Source: Eledone cirrhosa
Taxonomy: Eukaryota
Assembly: GCA_964016885.1 (NCBI GenBank)
Contig: OZ024742.1
Location: 164,734,001 to 164,798,000 of the forward strand
DNA length: 64,000 nucleotides
Direction of reading: 5' to 3'
Position 1 is the stretch's first letter. Each line of letters begins with the position of its first letter. The notes below the pieces were generated by a model. That model was not told the DNA's origin. It was given only the letters and a program-made list of their open reading frames with translations, and ran no database searches. The translations under genes were made by a program, and so were the position numbers. Shown here one piece after another: positions 24,901-39,600 of this stretch.

Positions 24901-26960
24901 CTCCCCTTGGACGGCTGGAAATTATCTCCCCTTGATTTTTTTTACAAATTATCTCCCCCTGATTATTTTTTACAAATTATCCCCTGATTTTTTTTTTACA
25001 AATTATCTCCCCCTGATTTTTTTTACAAATTATCTCCCCCTGATTTTTTTACAAATTATCTCCCCTTGGCTGGCTGGAAATTATCTCCCATTGGAGGCTG
25101 GAATTTATCTCCCCTTGGACGGTTAGAAATTACCTCCCCTTGGACGGCTGGAAAATATGTCTCCTTGGACGGCTGGAAATTATCGCCCCTTGGACGGCTG
25201 GAAATTATCTCCCCTTGGACGGCTGGAAATTATCTCTCATCGGACGGCTAGAAATTACCTCTCCTTGGACAGCTGAAAATTATCTCCCCTTGGACGGCTG
25301 GAAATTATCTCCCCTTGATTTTTTTTACAAATTATCTCCCCCTGATTTTTTTTTACAAATTATCTCCCCCTGATTTTTTTTTACAAATTATCTCCCCCTG
25401 ATTTTTTTTTACAAATTATCTCCCCCTGATATTTTTTACAAATTATCTCCCCCTGATTTTTTTACAAATTATCTCCCCTTGGCTGGCTGGAAATTATCTC
25501 CCCTTGGAGGCTGGAATTTATCTCCCCTTGGACGGCTAGAAATTACCTCGCCTTGGACGGCTGGAAAATATGTCTCCTTGGACGGCTGGAAATTATCTCC
25601 CCTTGGACGGCTGGAAATTATCTCCCCTTGGACAGCTGGAAATTATCTCCCCTTGGACGGCTAGATATTACCTCCCCTTGGACGGCTGGAAATTATCTCC
25701 CCTTGATTTTTTTTACAAATTATCTCCCCCTGATTTTTTTTTACAAATTATCTCCCCCTGATTTTTTTTTACGAATTATCTCCCCCCGATTTTTTTTTAC
25801 AAATTATCTCCGGCTGATTTTTTTTTAAAAATTATCTCCCCTTGAACGGCTGGAAATTATCTCCCCTTGGACGGCTGGAAATTATCTCCCCTTGGACGGC
25901 TAGAAATTACCTCTCCTTGGACGGCTGAAAATTATCTCCCCTTGGACGGCTGCAAATTATCTCCCCTTGATTTTTTAACAAATTATCTCCCCCTGATTTT
26001 TTTTTACAAATTATCTCCCCCTGATTTTTTTTTACAAATTATCTCCCCCTGATTTTTTTTTACAAATTATCTCCCCCTGATTTTTTTACAAATTATCTCC
26101 CCCTGATTTTTTTTACAATCTCCGCCTGATTTTTTAAAAAATTATCTTCCCTTGGCTGGCGGGAAATTATCTCCCCTTGGACGGCTGGAAATTATCTCCC
26201 CTTGGACGGCTGGAAATTATCTCCCCTTGGACAGCTGGAAATTATCTGCCCTTGATTTTGTTTTTACAAATTATCTCCCCCTGATTTTTTTTACAAATTA
26301 TCTCCACCTGATTTTTCAAAAAATTATCTCCCCTTGGACGGCTGGAAATTATCTCCCCTTGATTTTTTTACAAATTATCTCCCCCTGATTTTTTTTACAA
26401 ATTATCTCCCCCTGATTTTATGTTACAAATTATCTCCCCCTGATTTTTTTACAAATTATCTCCCCCTGATTTTTTTTACAAATTATCTCCGCCTGATTTT
26501 TTTAAATATTATCTTCCCTTGGCTGGCGGGAAATTATCTCCCCTTGGACGGCTGGAAATTATCTCCCCTTGATTTTTTTTACAAATTATCTCCCCCTGAT
26601 TTTTTTTTACAAATTATCTCCCCCTGATTTTTTTTTACAAATTATCTCCCCCTGATTTTTTTTTACAAATCTCCCCCTGATTTTTTTATAAATTATCTCC
26701 CCTTGGCTGGCTGGAAATTATCTCCCCTTGGAGGCTGGAATTTATCTCCCCTTGGACGGCTAGAAATTACCTCTCCTTGGATGGCTGGAAAATATGTCTC
26801 CTTGGACGGCTGGATATTATCTACCCTTGGACGGCTGGAAATTATCTCCCCTTGGACGGCTGGAAATTATCTCCCCTTGGACGGCTAGATATTACCTCCC
26901 ATTGGACGGCTGGAAATTATCTCCCCTTGATTTTTTTTACAAATTATCTCCCCCTGATTT
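21905..26960 (+). repeat. Paralogue of about 2020-8200 that lacks the 1.23 kb tandem duplication
   Basis: Offsets are 19,885-19,886 (2274/22159, 3398/23284), then 18,681 (5071/23752, 6385/25066), then rise in 28-bp steps to 18,765 (7938/26703). Confidence 0.85.
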
Positions 26961-29900
26961 TTTTTTACGAATTATCTCCGCCTGATTTTTTTTTTAAAAT
27001 TATCTCCCCTTGAACGGCTGGAAATTATCTCCCCTTGGACGGCTGGAAATTATCTCCCCTTGGACGGCTAGAAATTACCTCTCCTTGGACGGCTGAAAAT
27101 TATCTCCCCTTGGACGGCTGCAAATTATCTCCCCTTGATTTTTTTAACAAATTATCTCCCCCTGATTTTTTTTTACAAATTATCTCCCCCTGATTTTTTT
27201 TACAAATTATCTACGCCTAATTTTTTTTACAAATTATCTCCCCCTGATTTTTTTTTACAAATTATCTCCCCCTGATTTTTTTTACAAATTATCTCCCCTT
27301 GGCTGGCTGGAAATTATCTCCCCTTGGAGGCTGGAATTTATCTCCCCTTGGACGGTTAGAAATTACCTCTCCTTGGACTGCTGGAAAATATGTCTCCTTG
27401 GACGGCTGGAAATTATCTCCCCTTGGACGGCTGGAAATTATCTCCCCTTGGACGGCTGGAAATTATCTCTCCTCGGACGACTAGAAATTACCTCTCCTTG
27501 GACAGCTGAAAATTATCTCCCCTTGGACGGCTGGAAATTATCTCCCCTTGATTTTTTTTACAAATTATCTCCCCCTGATTTATTTTACAAATTATCTCCC
27601 CCTGATTTTTTTTTACAAATTATCTCCCCCTGATTTTTTTTACAAATTATCTCCCCCTGATATTTTTTACAAATTATCTCCCCCTGATTTTTTTACAAAT
27701 TATCTCCCCTTGGCTGGCTGGAAATTATCTACCCTTGGAGGCTGGAATTTATCTCCCCTTGGACGGCTAGAAATTACCTCGCCTTGGACGGCTGGAAAAT
27801 ATGTCTCCTTGGACGGCTGGAAATTATCTCCCCTTGGACGGCTGGAAATTATCTCCCCTTGGACGGCTGGAAATTATCTCCCCTTGGACGGCTAGATATT
27901 ACCTCCCCTTGGACGGCTGGAAATTATCTCCCCTTGATTTTTTTTACAAATTATCTCCCCCTGATTTTTTTTTACAAATTATCACCCCCTGATTTTTTTT
28001 TACGAAGTATCTCCCCCTGATTTTTTTTTACAAATTATCTCCGCCTGATTTTTTTTTAAAAATTATCTCCCCTTGAACGGCTGGAAATTATCTCCCCTTG
28101 GACGGCTGGAAATTATCTCCCCTTGGACGGCTAGAAATTACCTCTCCTTGGACGGCTGAAAATTATCTCCCATTGGACGGCTGCAAATTATCTCCCCTTG
28201 ATTTTTTAACAAATTATCTCCCCCTGATTTTTTTTTACAAATTATCTCCCCCTGATTTTTTTTTACAAATTATCTACGCCTAATTTTTTTTACAAATTAT
28301 CTCCCCCTGATTTTTTTTTACAAATTATCTCCCCCTGATTTTTTTTACAAATTATCTCCCCCTGATTTTTTTTTACAAATTATTTCCCCCTGATTTTTTT
28401 ACAAATTATCTCCCCCCTGATTTTTTTTACAATCTCCGCCTGATTTTTTTAAAAATTATCTTCCCTTGGCTGGCGGGAAATTATCTCCCCTTGGACGGCT
28501 GGAAATTATATCCCCTTGGAAGGATGGAAATTATCTCCCCTTGGACGGCTGGAAATTATCTCCCCTTGGACGGCTGGAAATTATCTCCCCTTGGACGGCT
28601 GGAAATTATCTCCCCTTGGACAGCTGGAAATTATCTGTCCTTGATTTTGTTTTTACAAATTATCTCCCCCTGATTTTTTTTACAAATTATCTCCACCTGA
28701 TTTTTTAAAAAATTATCTCCCCTTGGACGGCTGGAAATTATCTCCCCTTGATTTTTTTTACAAATTATCTCCCCCTGATTTTTTTTTACAAATTATCTCC
28801 CCCTGATTTTTTTTTACAAATTATCTCCCCCTGATTTTTTTTTACAAATTCTCTCACCCTGATTTTTTTTACAAATTATCTCTCCCTGATTTTTTTACAA
28901 ATTATCTCCCCTTGGCTGGCTGGAAATTATCTCCCCTTGGAGGCTGGAATTTATCTCCCCTTGGACGGCTAGAAATTACCTCTCCTTGGACGGCTGGAAA
29001 ATATGTCTCCTTGGACGGCTGGATATTATCTACCCTTGGACGGCTGGAAATTATCTCCCCTTGGACGGCTGGAAATTATCTCCTCTTGGACGGCTAGATA
29101 TTACCTCCCCTTGGACGGCTGGAAATTATCTCCCCTTGATTTTTTTACAAATTATCTCCCCCTGATTTTTTTACAAATTATCTCCCCCTGATTTTTTTTA
29201 CAAATTATCTCCGCCTAATTTTTTTAAATATTATCTTCCCTTGGCTGGCGGGAAATTATCTCCCCTTGGACGGCTGAAAATTATCTCCCCTTGGACGGCT
29301 GGAAATTATCTCCCCTTGATTTTTTTTACAAATTATCTCCCCCTGATTTTTTTTTACAAATTATCTCCCCCTGATTTTTTTTACAAATTATCTCCCCCTG
29401 ATTTTTTTACAAATTATCTCCCCTTGGCTGGCTGGAAATTATCTCCCCTTGGAGGCTGGAATTTATCTCCCCTTGGACGGCTAGAAATTACCTCTCCTTG
29501 GAAGGCTGGAAAATATGTCCTTGGACGGCTGGATATTATCTACCCTTGGACGGCTGGAAATTATCTCCCCTTGGACGGCTGGAAATTATCTCCCCTTGGA
29601 CGGCTAGATATTACCTCCCCTTGTACGGCTGAAAATTATCTCCCCTTGGACGGCTGGAAATTATCTCCCCTTGATTTTTTTTACAAATTATCTCCCCCTG
29701 ATTATTTTTTACAAATTATCCCCTGATTTTTTTTTTACAAATTATCTCCCCCTGATTTTTTTTACAAATTATCTCCCCCTGATTTTATGTTACAAATTAT
29801 CTCCCCCTGATTTTTTTACAAATTATCTCCCCCTGATTTTTTTTACAAATTATCTCCGCCTGATTTTTTTAAATATTATCTTCCCTTGGCTGGCGGGAAA

Positions 29901-32900
29901 TTATCTCCCCTTGGACGGCTGGAAATTATCTCCCCTTGATTTTTTTTACAAATTATCTCCCCCTGATTTTTTTTTACAAATTATCTCCCCCTGATTTTTT
30001 TTTACAAATTATCTCCCCCTGATTTTTTTTTACAAATCTCCCCCTGATTTTTTTATAAATTATCTCCCCTTGGCTGGCTGGAAATTATCTCCCCTTGGAG
30101 GCTGGAATTTATCTCCCCTTGGACGGCTAGAAATTACCTCTCCTTGGATGGCTGGAAAATATGTCTCCTTGGACGGCTGGATATTATCTACCCTTGGACG
30201 GCTGGAAATTATCTCCCCTTGGACGGCTGGAAATTATCTCCCCTTGGACGGCTAGATATTACCTCCCATTGGACGGCTGGAAATTATCTCCCCTTGATTT
30301 TTTTTACAAATTATCTCCCCCTGATTTTTTTTTACGAATTATCTCCGCCTGATTTTTTTTTTAAAATTATCTCCCCTTGAACGGCTGGAAATTATCTCCC
30401 CTTGGACGGCTGGAAATTATCTCCCCTTGGACGGCTAGAAATTACCTCTCCTTGGACGGCTGAAAATTATCTCCCCTTGGACGGCTGCAAATTATCTCCC
30501 CTTGATTTTTTTAACAAATTATCTCCCCCTGATTTTTTTTTACAAATTATCTCCCCCTGATTTTTTTTACAAATTATCTACGCCTAATTTTTTTTACAAA
30601 TTATCTCCCCCTGATTTTTTTTTACAAATTATCTCCCCCTGATTTTTTTTACAAATTATCTCCCCTTGGCTGGCTGGAAATTATCTCCCCTTGGAGGCTG
30701 GAATTTATCTCCCCTTGGACGGTTAGAAATTACCTCTCCTTGGACTGCTGGAAAATATGTCTCCTTGGACGGCTGGAAATTATCTCCCCTTGGACGGCTG
30801 GAAATTATCTCCCCTTGGACGGCTGGAAATTATCTCTCCTCGGACGACTAGAAATTACCTCTCCTTGGACAGCTGAAAATTATCTCCCCTTGGACGGCTG
30901 GAAATTATCTCCCCTTGATTTTTTTTACAAATTATCTCCCCCTGATTTATTTTACAAATTATCTCCCCCTGATTTTTTTTTACAAATTATCTCCCCCTGA
31001 TTTTTTTTACAAATTATCTCCCCCTGATATTTTTTACAAATTATCTCCCCCTGATTTTTTTACAAATTATCTCCCCTTGGCTGGCTGGAAATTATCTACC
31101 CTTGGAGGCTGGAATTTATCTCCCCTTGGACGGCTAGAAATTACCTCGCCTTGGACGGCTGGAAAATATGTCTCCTTGGACGGCTGGAAATTATCTCCCC
31201 TTGGACGGCTGGAAATTATCTCCCCTTGGACGGCTGGAAATTATCTCCCCTTGGACGGCTAGATATTACCTCCCCTTGGACGGCTGGAAATTATCTCCCC
31301 TTGATTTTTTTTACAAATTATCTCCCCCTGATTTTTTTTTACAAATTATCACCCCCTGATTTTTTTTTACGAAGTATCTCCCCCTGATTTTTTTTTACAA
31401 ATTATCTCCGCCTGATTTTTTTTTAAAAATTATCTCCCCTTGAACGGCTGGAAATTATCTCCCCTTGGACGGCTGGAAATTATCTCCCCTTGGACGGCTA
31501 GAAATTACCTCTCCTTGGACGGCTGAAAATTATCTCCCATTGGACGGCTGCAAATTATCTCCCCTTGATTTTTTAACAAATTATCTCCCCCTGATTTTTT
31601 TTTACAAATTATCTCCCCCTGATTTTTTTTTACAAATTATCTACGCCTAATTTTTTTTACAAATTATCTCCCCCTGATTTTTTTTTACAAATTATCTCCC
31701 CCTGATTTTTTTTACAAATTATCTCCCCCTGATTTTTTTTTACAAATTATTTCCCCCTGATTTTTTTACAAATTATCTCCCCCCTGATTTTTTTTACAAT
31801 CTCCGCCTGATTTTTTTAAAAATTATCTTCCCTTGGCTGGCGGGAAATTATCTCCCCTTGGACGGCTGGAAATTATATCCCCTTGGAAGGATGGAAATTA
31901 TCTCCCCTTGGACGGCTGGAAATTATCTCCCCTTGGACGGCTGGAAATTATCTCCCCTTGGACAGCTGGAAATTATCTGTCCTTGATTTTGTTTTTACAA
32001 ATTATCTCCCCCTGATTTTTTTTACAAATTATCTCCACCTGATTTTTTAAAAAATTATCTCCCCTTGGACGGCTGGAAATTATCTCCCCTTGATTTTTTT
32101 TACAAATTATCTCCCCCTGATTTTTTTTTACAAATTATCTCCCCCTGATTTTTTTTTACAAATTATCTCCCCCTGATTTTTTTTTACAAATTCTCTCACC
32201 CTGATTTTTTTTACAAATTATCTCTCCCTGATTTTTTTACAAATTATCTCCCCTTGGCTGGCTGGAAATTATCTCCCCTTGGAGGCTGGAATTTATCTCC
32301 CCTTGGACGGCTAGAAATTACCTCTCCTTGGACGGCTGGAAAATATGTCTCCTTGGACGGCTGGATATTATCTACCCTTGGACGGCTGGAAATTATCTCC
32401 CCTTGGACGGCTGGAAATTATCTCCTCTTGGACGGCTAGATATTACCTCCCCTTGGACGGCTGGAAATTATCTCCCCTTGATTTTTTTACAAATTATCTC
32501 CCCCTGATTTTTTTACAAATTATCTCCCCCTGATTTTTTTTACAAATTATCTCCGCCTAATTTTTTTAAATATTATCTTCCCTTGGCTGGCGGGAAATTA
32601 TCTCCCCTTGGACGGCTGAAAATTATCTCCCCTTGGACGGCTGGAAATTATCTCCCCTTGATTTTTTTTACAAATTATCTCCCCCTGATTTTTTTTTACA
32701 AATTATCTCCCCCTGATTTTTTTTACAAATTATCTCCCCCTGATTTTTTTACAAATTATCTCCCCTTGGCTGGCTGGAAATTATCTCCCCTTGGAGGCTG
32801 GAATTTATCTCCCCTTGGACGGCTAGAAATTACCTCTCCTTGGAAGGCTGGAAAATATGTCCTTGGACGGCTGGATATTATCTACCCTTGGACGGCTGGA

Positions 32901-33100
32901 AATTATCTCCCCTTGGACGGCTGGAAATTATCTCCCCTTGGACGGCTAGATATTACCTCCCCTTGTACGGCTGAAAATTATCTCCCCTTGGACGGCTGGA
33001 AATTATCTCCCCTTGATTTTTTTTACAAATTATCTCCCCCTGATTATTTTTTACAAATTATCCCCTGATTTTTTTTTTACAAATTATCTCCCCCTGATTT
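26370..33100 (+). repeat. Tandem duplication of a ~3.37 kb higher-order unit (junction about 29770)
   Basis: Offsets are 3,367 (26703/30070, 28466/31833), then 3,342 (28912/32254). Private variants shared by both copies: ACGAAGTATC, ATCACCCCCT, CTGTCCTTGA, TTCTCTCACC and TTGTACGGCT. Confidence 0.92.
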
Positions 33101-33676
33101 TTTTTACAAATTATCTCCCCCTGATTTTTTTACAAATTATCTCCCCTTGGCTGGCTGGAAATTATCTCCCATTGGAGGCTGGAATTTATCTCCCCTTGGA
33201 CGGTTAGAAATTACCTCCCCTTGGACGGCTGGAAAATATGTCTCCTTGGACGGCTGGAAATTATCGCCCCTTGGATGGCTGGAAATTATCTCCCCTTGGA
33301 CGGCTGGAAATTATCTCTCATCGGACGGCTAGAAATTACCTCTCCTTGGACAGCTGAAAATTATCTCCCCTTGGACGGCTGGAAATTATCTCCCCTTGAT
33401 TTTTTTTACAAATTATCTCCCCCTGATTTTTTTTTACAAATTATCTCCCCCTAATTTTTTTTTACAAATTATCTCCCCCTGATTTTTTTTTACAAATTAT
33501 CTCCCCCTGATATTTTTTACAAATTATCTCCCCCTGATTTTTTTACAAATTATCTCCCCTTGGCTGGCTGGAAATTATCTCCCCTTGGAGGCTGGAATTT
33601 ATCTCCCCTTGGACGGCTAGAAATTACCTCGCCTTGGACGGCTGGAAAATATGTCTCCTTGGACGGCTGGAAATTA

Positions 33677-36600
33677 TCTCCCCTTGGACGGCTGGAAATT
33701 ATCTCCCCTTGGACAGCTGGAAATTATCTCCCCTTGGACGGCTAGATATTACCTCCCCTTGGACGGCTGGAAATTATCTCCCCTTGATTTTTTTTACAAA
33801 TTATCTCCCCCTGATTTTTTTTTACAAATTATCTCCCCCTGATTTTTTTTTACGAATTATCTCCCCCCGATTTTTTTTTACAAATTACCTCCGCCTGATT
33901 TTTTTTTAAAAATTATCTCCCCTTGAACGGCTGGAAATTATCTCCCCTTGGACGGCTGGAAATTATCTCCCCTTGGACGGCTAGAAATTACCTCTCCTTG
34001 GACGGCTGAAAATTATCTCCCCTTGGACGGCTGCAAATTATCTCCCCTTGATTTTTTAACAAATTATCTCCCCCTGATTTTTTTTTACAAATTATCTCCC
34101 CCTGATTTTTTTTTACAAATTATCTCCCCCTGATTTTTTTTTACAAATTATCTCCCCCTGATTTTTTTTACAAATTATCTCCCCCTGATTTTTTTTACAA
34201 TCTCCGCCTGATTTTTTAAAAAATTATCTTCCCTTGGCTGGCGGGAAATTATCTCCCCTTGGACGGCTGGAAATTATCTCCCCTTGGACGGCTGGAAATT
34301 ATCTCCCCTTGGACAGCTGGAAATTATCTGCCCTTGATTTTGTTTTTACAAATTATCTCCCCCTGATTTTTTTTACAAATTATCTCCACCTGATTTTTTA
34401 AAAAATTATCTCCCCTTGGACGGCTGGAAATTATCTCCCCTTGATTTTTTTACAAATTATCTCCCCCTGATTTTTTTTACAAATTATCTCCCCCTGATTT
34501 TATGTTACAAATTATCTCCCCCTGATTTTTTTACAAATTATCTCCCCCTGATTTTTTTTACAAATTATCTCCGCCTGATTTTTTTAAATATTATCTTCCC
34601 TTGGCTGGCGGGAAATTATCTCCCCTTGGACGGCTGGAAATTATCTCCCCTTGATTTTTTTTACAAATTATCTCCCCCTGATTTTTTTTTACAAATTATC
34701 TCCCCCTGATTTTTTTTTACAAATTATCTCCCCCTGATTTTTTTTTACAAATTATCTCCCCCTGATTTTTTTTTACAAATCTCCCCCTGATTTTTTTATA
34801 AATTATCTCCCCTTGGCTGGCTGGAAATTATCTCCCCTTGGAGGCTGGAATTTATCTCCCCTTGGACGGCTAGAAATTACCTCTCCTTGGATGGCTGGAA
34901 AATATGTCTCCTTGGACGGCTGGATATTATCTACCCTTGGACGGCTGGAAATTATCTCCCCTTGGACGGCTGGAAATTATCTCCCCTTGGACGGCTAGAT
35001 ATTACCTCCCATTGGACGGCTGGAAATTATCTCCCCTTGATTTTTTTTACAAATTATCTCCCCCTGATTTTTTTTTACGAATTATCTCCCCCTGATTTTT
35101 TTTTACAAATTATCTCCGCCTGATTTTTTTTTAAAATTATCTCCCCTTGAACGGCTGGAAATTATCTCCCCTTGGACGGCTGGAAATTATCTCCCCTTGG
35201 ACGGCTAGAAATTACCTCTCCTTGGACGGCTGAAAATTATCTCCCCTTGGACGGCTGCAAATTATCTCCCCTTGATTTTTTTAACAAATTATCTCCCCCT
35301 GATTTTTTTTTACAAATTATCTCCCCCTGATTTTTTTTTACAAATTATCTACGCCTAATTTTTTTTACAAATTATCTCCCCCTGATTTTTTTTTACAAAT
35401 TATCTCCCCCTGATTTTTTTTACAAATTATCTCCCCCTGATTTTTTTTACAAATTATCTCCCCCTGATTTTTTTACAAATTATCTCCCCCCTGATTTTTT
35501 TTACAATCTCCGCCTGATTTTTTTAAAAATTATCTTCCCTTGGCTGGCGGGAAATTATCTCCCCTTGGACGGCTGGAAATTATATCCCCTTGGAAGGATG
35601 GAAATTATCTCCCCTTGGACGGCTGGAAATTATCTCCCCTTGGACGGCTGGAAATTACCTCCCCTTGGACAGCTGGAAATTATCTGCCCTTGATTTTGTT
35701 TTTACAAATTATCTCCCCCTGATTTTTTTTACAAATTATCTCCACCTGATTTTTTAAAAAATTATCTCCCCTTGGACGGCTGGAAATTATCTCCCCTTGA
35801 TTTTTTTTACAAATTATCTCCCCCTGATTTTTTTTTACAAATTATCTCCCCCTGATTTTTTTTACAAATTATCTCCCCCTGATTTTTTTTTACAAATTAT
35901 TTCCCCCTGATTTTTTTACAAATTATCTCCCCCCTGATTTTTTTTACAATCTCCGCCTGATTTTTTTAAAAATTATCTTCCCTTGGCTGGCGGGAAATTA
36001 TCTCCCCTTGGACGGCTGGAAATTATATCCCCTTGGAAGGATGGAAATTATCTCCCCTTGGACGGCTGGAAATTATCTCCCCTTGGACGGCTGGAAATTA
36101 TCTCCCCTTGGACAGCTGGAAATTATCTGCCCTTGATTTTGTTTTTACAAATTATCTCCCCCTGATTTTTTTTACAAATTATCTCCACCTGATTTTTTAA
36201 AAAATTATCTCCCCTTGGACGGCTGGAAATTATCTCCCCTTGATTTTTTTTACAAATTATCTCCCCCTGATTTTTTTTTACAAATTATCTCCCCCTGATT
36301 TTTTTTTACAAATTATCTCCCCCTGATTTTTTTTTACAAATTATCTCACCCTGATTTTTTTTTTAAAATTATCTCCCCTTGAACGGCTGGAAATTATCTC
36401 CCCTTGGACGGCTGGAAATTATCTCCCCTTGGACGGCTAGAAATTACCTCTCCTTGGACGGCTGAAAATTATCTCCCCTTGGACGGCTGCAAATTATCTC
36501 CCCTTGATTTTTTTAACAAATTATCTCCCCCTGATTTTTTTTTACAAATTATCTCCCCCTGATTTTTTTTTACAAATTATCTACGCCTAATTTTTTTTAC

Positions 36601-39600
36601 AAATTATCTCCCCCTGATTTTTTTTTACAAATTATCTCCCCCTGATTTTTTTTACAAATTATCTCCCCCTGATTTTTTTTACAAATTATCTCCCCCTGAT
36701 TTTTTTACAAATTATCTCCCCCCTGATTTTTTTTACAATCTCCGCCTGATTTTTTTAAAAATTATCTTCCCTTGGCTGGCGGGAAATTATCTCCCCTTGG
36801 ACGGCTGGAAATTATATCCCCTTGGAAGGATGGAAATTATCTCCCCTTGGACGGCTGGAAATTATCTCCCCTTGGACGGCTGGAAATTACCTCCCCTTGG
36901 ACAGCTGGAAATTATCTGCCCTTGATTTTGTTTTTACAAATTATCTCCCCCTGATTTTTTTTACAAATTATCTCCACCTGATTTTTTAAAAAATTATCTC
37001 CCCTTGGACGGCTGGAAATTATCTCCCCTTGGACGGCTGGAAATTATCTCCCCTTGATTTTTTTTACAAATTATCTCCCCCTGATTTTTTTTTACAAATT
37101 ATCTCCCCCTGATTTTTTTTTACAAATTATTTCCCCCTGATTTTTTTACAAATTATCTCCCCCCTGATTTTTTTTACAATCTCCGCCTGATTTTTTTAAA
37201 AATTATCTTCCCTTGGCTGGCGGGAAATTATCTCCCCTTGGACGGCTGGAAATTATATCCCCTTGGAAGGATGGAAATTATCTCCCCTTGGACGGCTGGA
37301 AATTATCTCCCCTTGGACGGCTGGAAATTATCTCCCCTTGGACAGCTGGAAATTATCTGCCCTTGATTTTGTTTTTACAAATTATCTCCCCCTGATTTTT
37401 TTTACAAATTATCTCCACCTGATTTTTTAAAAAATTATCTCCCCTTGGACGGCTGGAAATTATCTCCCCTTGATTTTTTTTACAAATTATCTTCCCCTGA
37501 TTTTTTTTTACAAATTATCTCCCCCTGATTTTTTTTTACAAATTATCTCCCCCTGATTTTTTTTTACAAATTATCTCACCCTGATTTTTTTTACAAATTA
37601 TCTCTCCCTGATTTTTTTACAAATTATCTCCCCTTGGCTGGCTGGAAATTATCTCCCCTTGGAGGCTGGAATTTATCTCCCCTTGGACGGCTAGAAATTA
37701 CCTCTCCTTGGACGGCTGGAAAATATGTCTCCTTGGACGGCTGGATATTATCTACCCTTGGACGGCTGGAAATTATCTCCCCTTGGACGGCTGGAAATTA
37801 TCTCCTCTTGGACGGCTAGATATTACCTCCCCTTGGACGGCTGGAAATTATCTCCCCTTGATTTTTTTACAAATTATCTCCCCCTGATTTTTTTACAAAT
37901 TATCTCCCCCTGATTTTTTTTACAAATTATCTCCGCCTAATTTTTTTAAATATTATCTTCCCTTGGCTGGCGGGAAATTATCTCCCCTTGGACGGCTGAA
38001 AATTATCTCCCCTTGGACGGCTGGAAATTATCTCCCCTTGATTTTTTTTACAAATTATCTCCCCCTGATTTTTTTTTACAAATTATCTCCCCCTGATTTT
38101 TTTTACAAATTATCTCCCCCTGATTTTTTTACAAATTATCTCCCCTTGGCTGGCTGGAAATTATCTCCCCTTGGAGGCTGGAATTTATCTCCCCTTGGAC
38201 GGCTAGAAATTACCTCTCCTTGGAAGGCTGGAAAATATGTCCTTGGACGGCTGGATATTATCTACCCTTGGACGGCTGGAAATTATCTCCCCTTGGACGG
38301 CTGGAAATTATCTCCCCTTGGACGGCTAGATATTACCTCCCCTTGGACGGCTGAAAATTATCTCCCCTTGGACGGCTGGAAATTATCTCCCCTTGATTTT
38401 TTTTACAAATTATCTCCCCCTGATTATTTTTTACAAATTATCCCCTGATTTTTTTTTTACAAATTATCTCCCCCTGATTTTTTTTACAAATTATCTCCCC
38501 CTGATTTTTTTACAAATTATCTCCCCTTGGCTGGCTGGAAATTATCTCCCATTGGAGGCTGGAATTTATCTCCCCTTGGACGGTTAGAAATTACCTCCCC
38601 TTGGACGGCTGGAAAATATGTCTCCTTGGACGGCTGGAAATTATCGCCCCTTGGACGGCTGGAAATTATCTCCCCTTGGACGGCTGGAAATTATCTCTCA
38701 TCGGACGGCTAGAAATTACCTCTCCTTGGACAGCTGAAAATTATCTCCCCTTGGACGGCTGGAAATTATCTCCCCTTGATTTTTTTTACAAATTATCTCC
38801 CCCTGATTTTTTTTTACAAATTATCTCCCCCTGATTTTTTTTTACAAATTATCTCCCCCTGATATTTTTTACAAATTATCTCCCCCTGATTTTTTTACAA
38901 ATTATCTCCCCTTGGCTGGCTGGAAATTATCTCCCCTTGGAGGCTGGAATTTATCTCCCCTTGGACGGCTAGAAATTACCTCGCCTTGGACGGCTGGAAA
39001 ATATGTCTCCTTGGACGGCTGGAAATTATCTCCCCTTGGACGGCTGGAAATTATCTCCCCTTGGACAGCTGGAAATTATCTCCCCTTGGACGGCTAGATA
39101 TTACCTCCCCTTGGACGGCTGGAAATTATCTCCCCTTGATTTTTTTTACAAATTATCTCCCCCTGATTTTTTTTTACAAATTATCTCCCCCTGATTTTTT
39201 TTTACGAATTATCTCCCCCCGATTTTTTTTTACAAATTATCTCCCCTTGAACGGCTGGAAATTATCTCCCCTTGGACGGCTGGAAATTATCTCCCCTTGG
39301 ACGGCTAGAAATTACCTCTCCTTGGACGGCTGAAAATTATCTCCCCTTGGACGGCTGCAAATTATCTCCCCTTGATTTTTTAACAAATTATCTCCCCCTG
39401 ATTTTTTTTTACAAATTATCTCCCCCTGATTTTTTTTTACAAATTATCTCCCCCTGATTTTTTTACAAATTATCTCCCCCTGATTTTTTTTACAATCTCC
39501 GCCTGATTTTTTAAAAAATTATCTTCCCTTGGCTGGCGGGAAATTATCTCCCCTTGGACGGCTGGAAATTATCTCCCCTTGGACGGCTGGAAATTATCTC

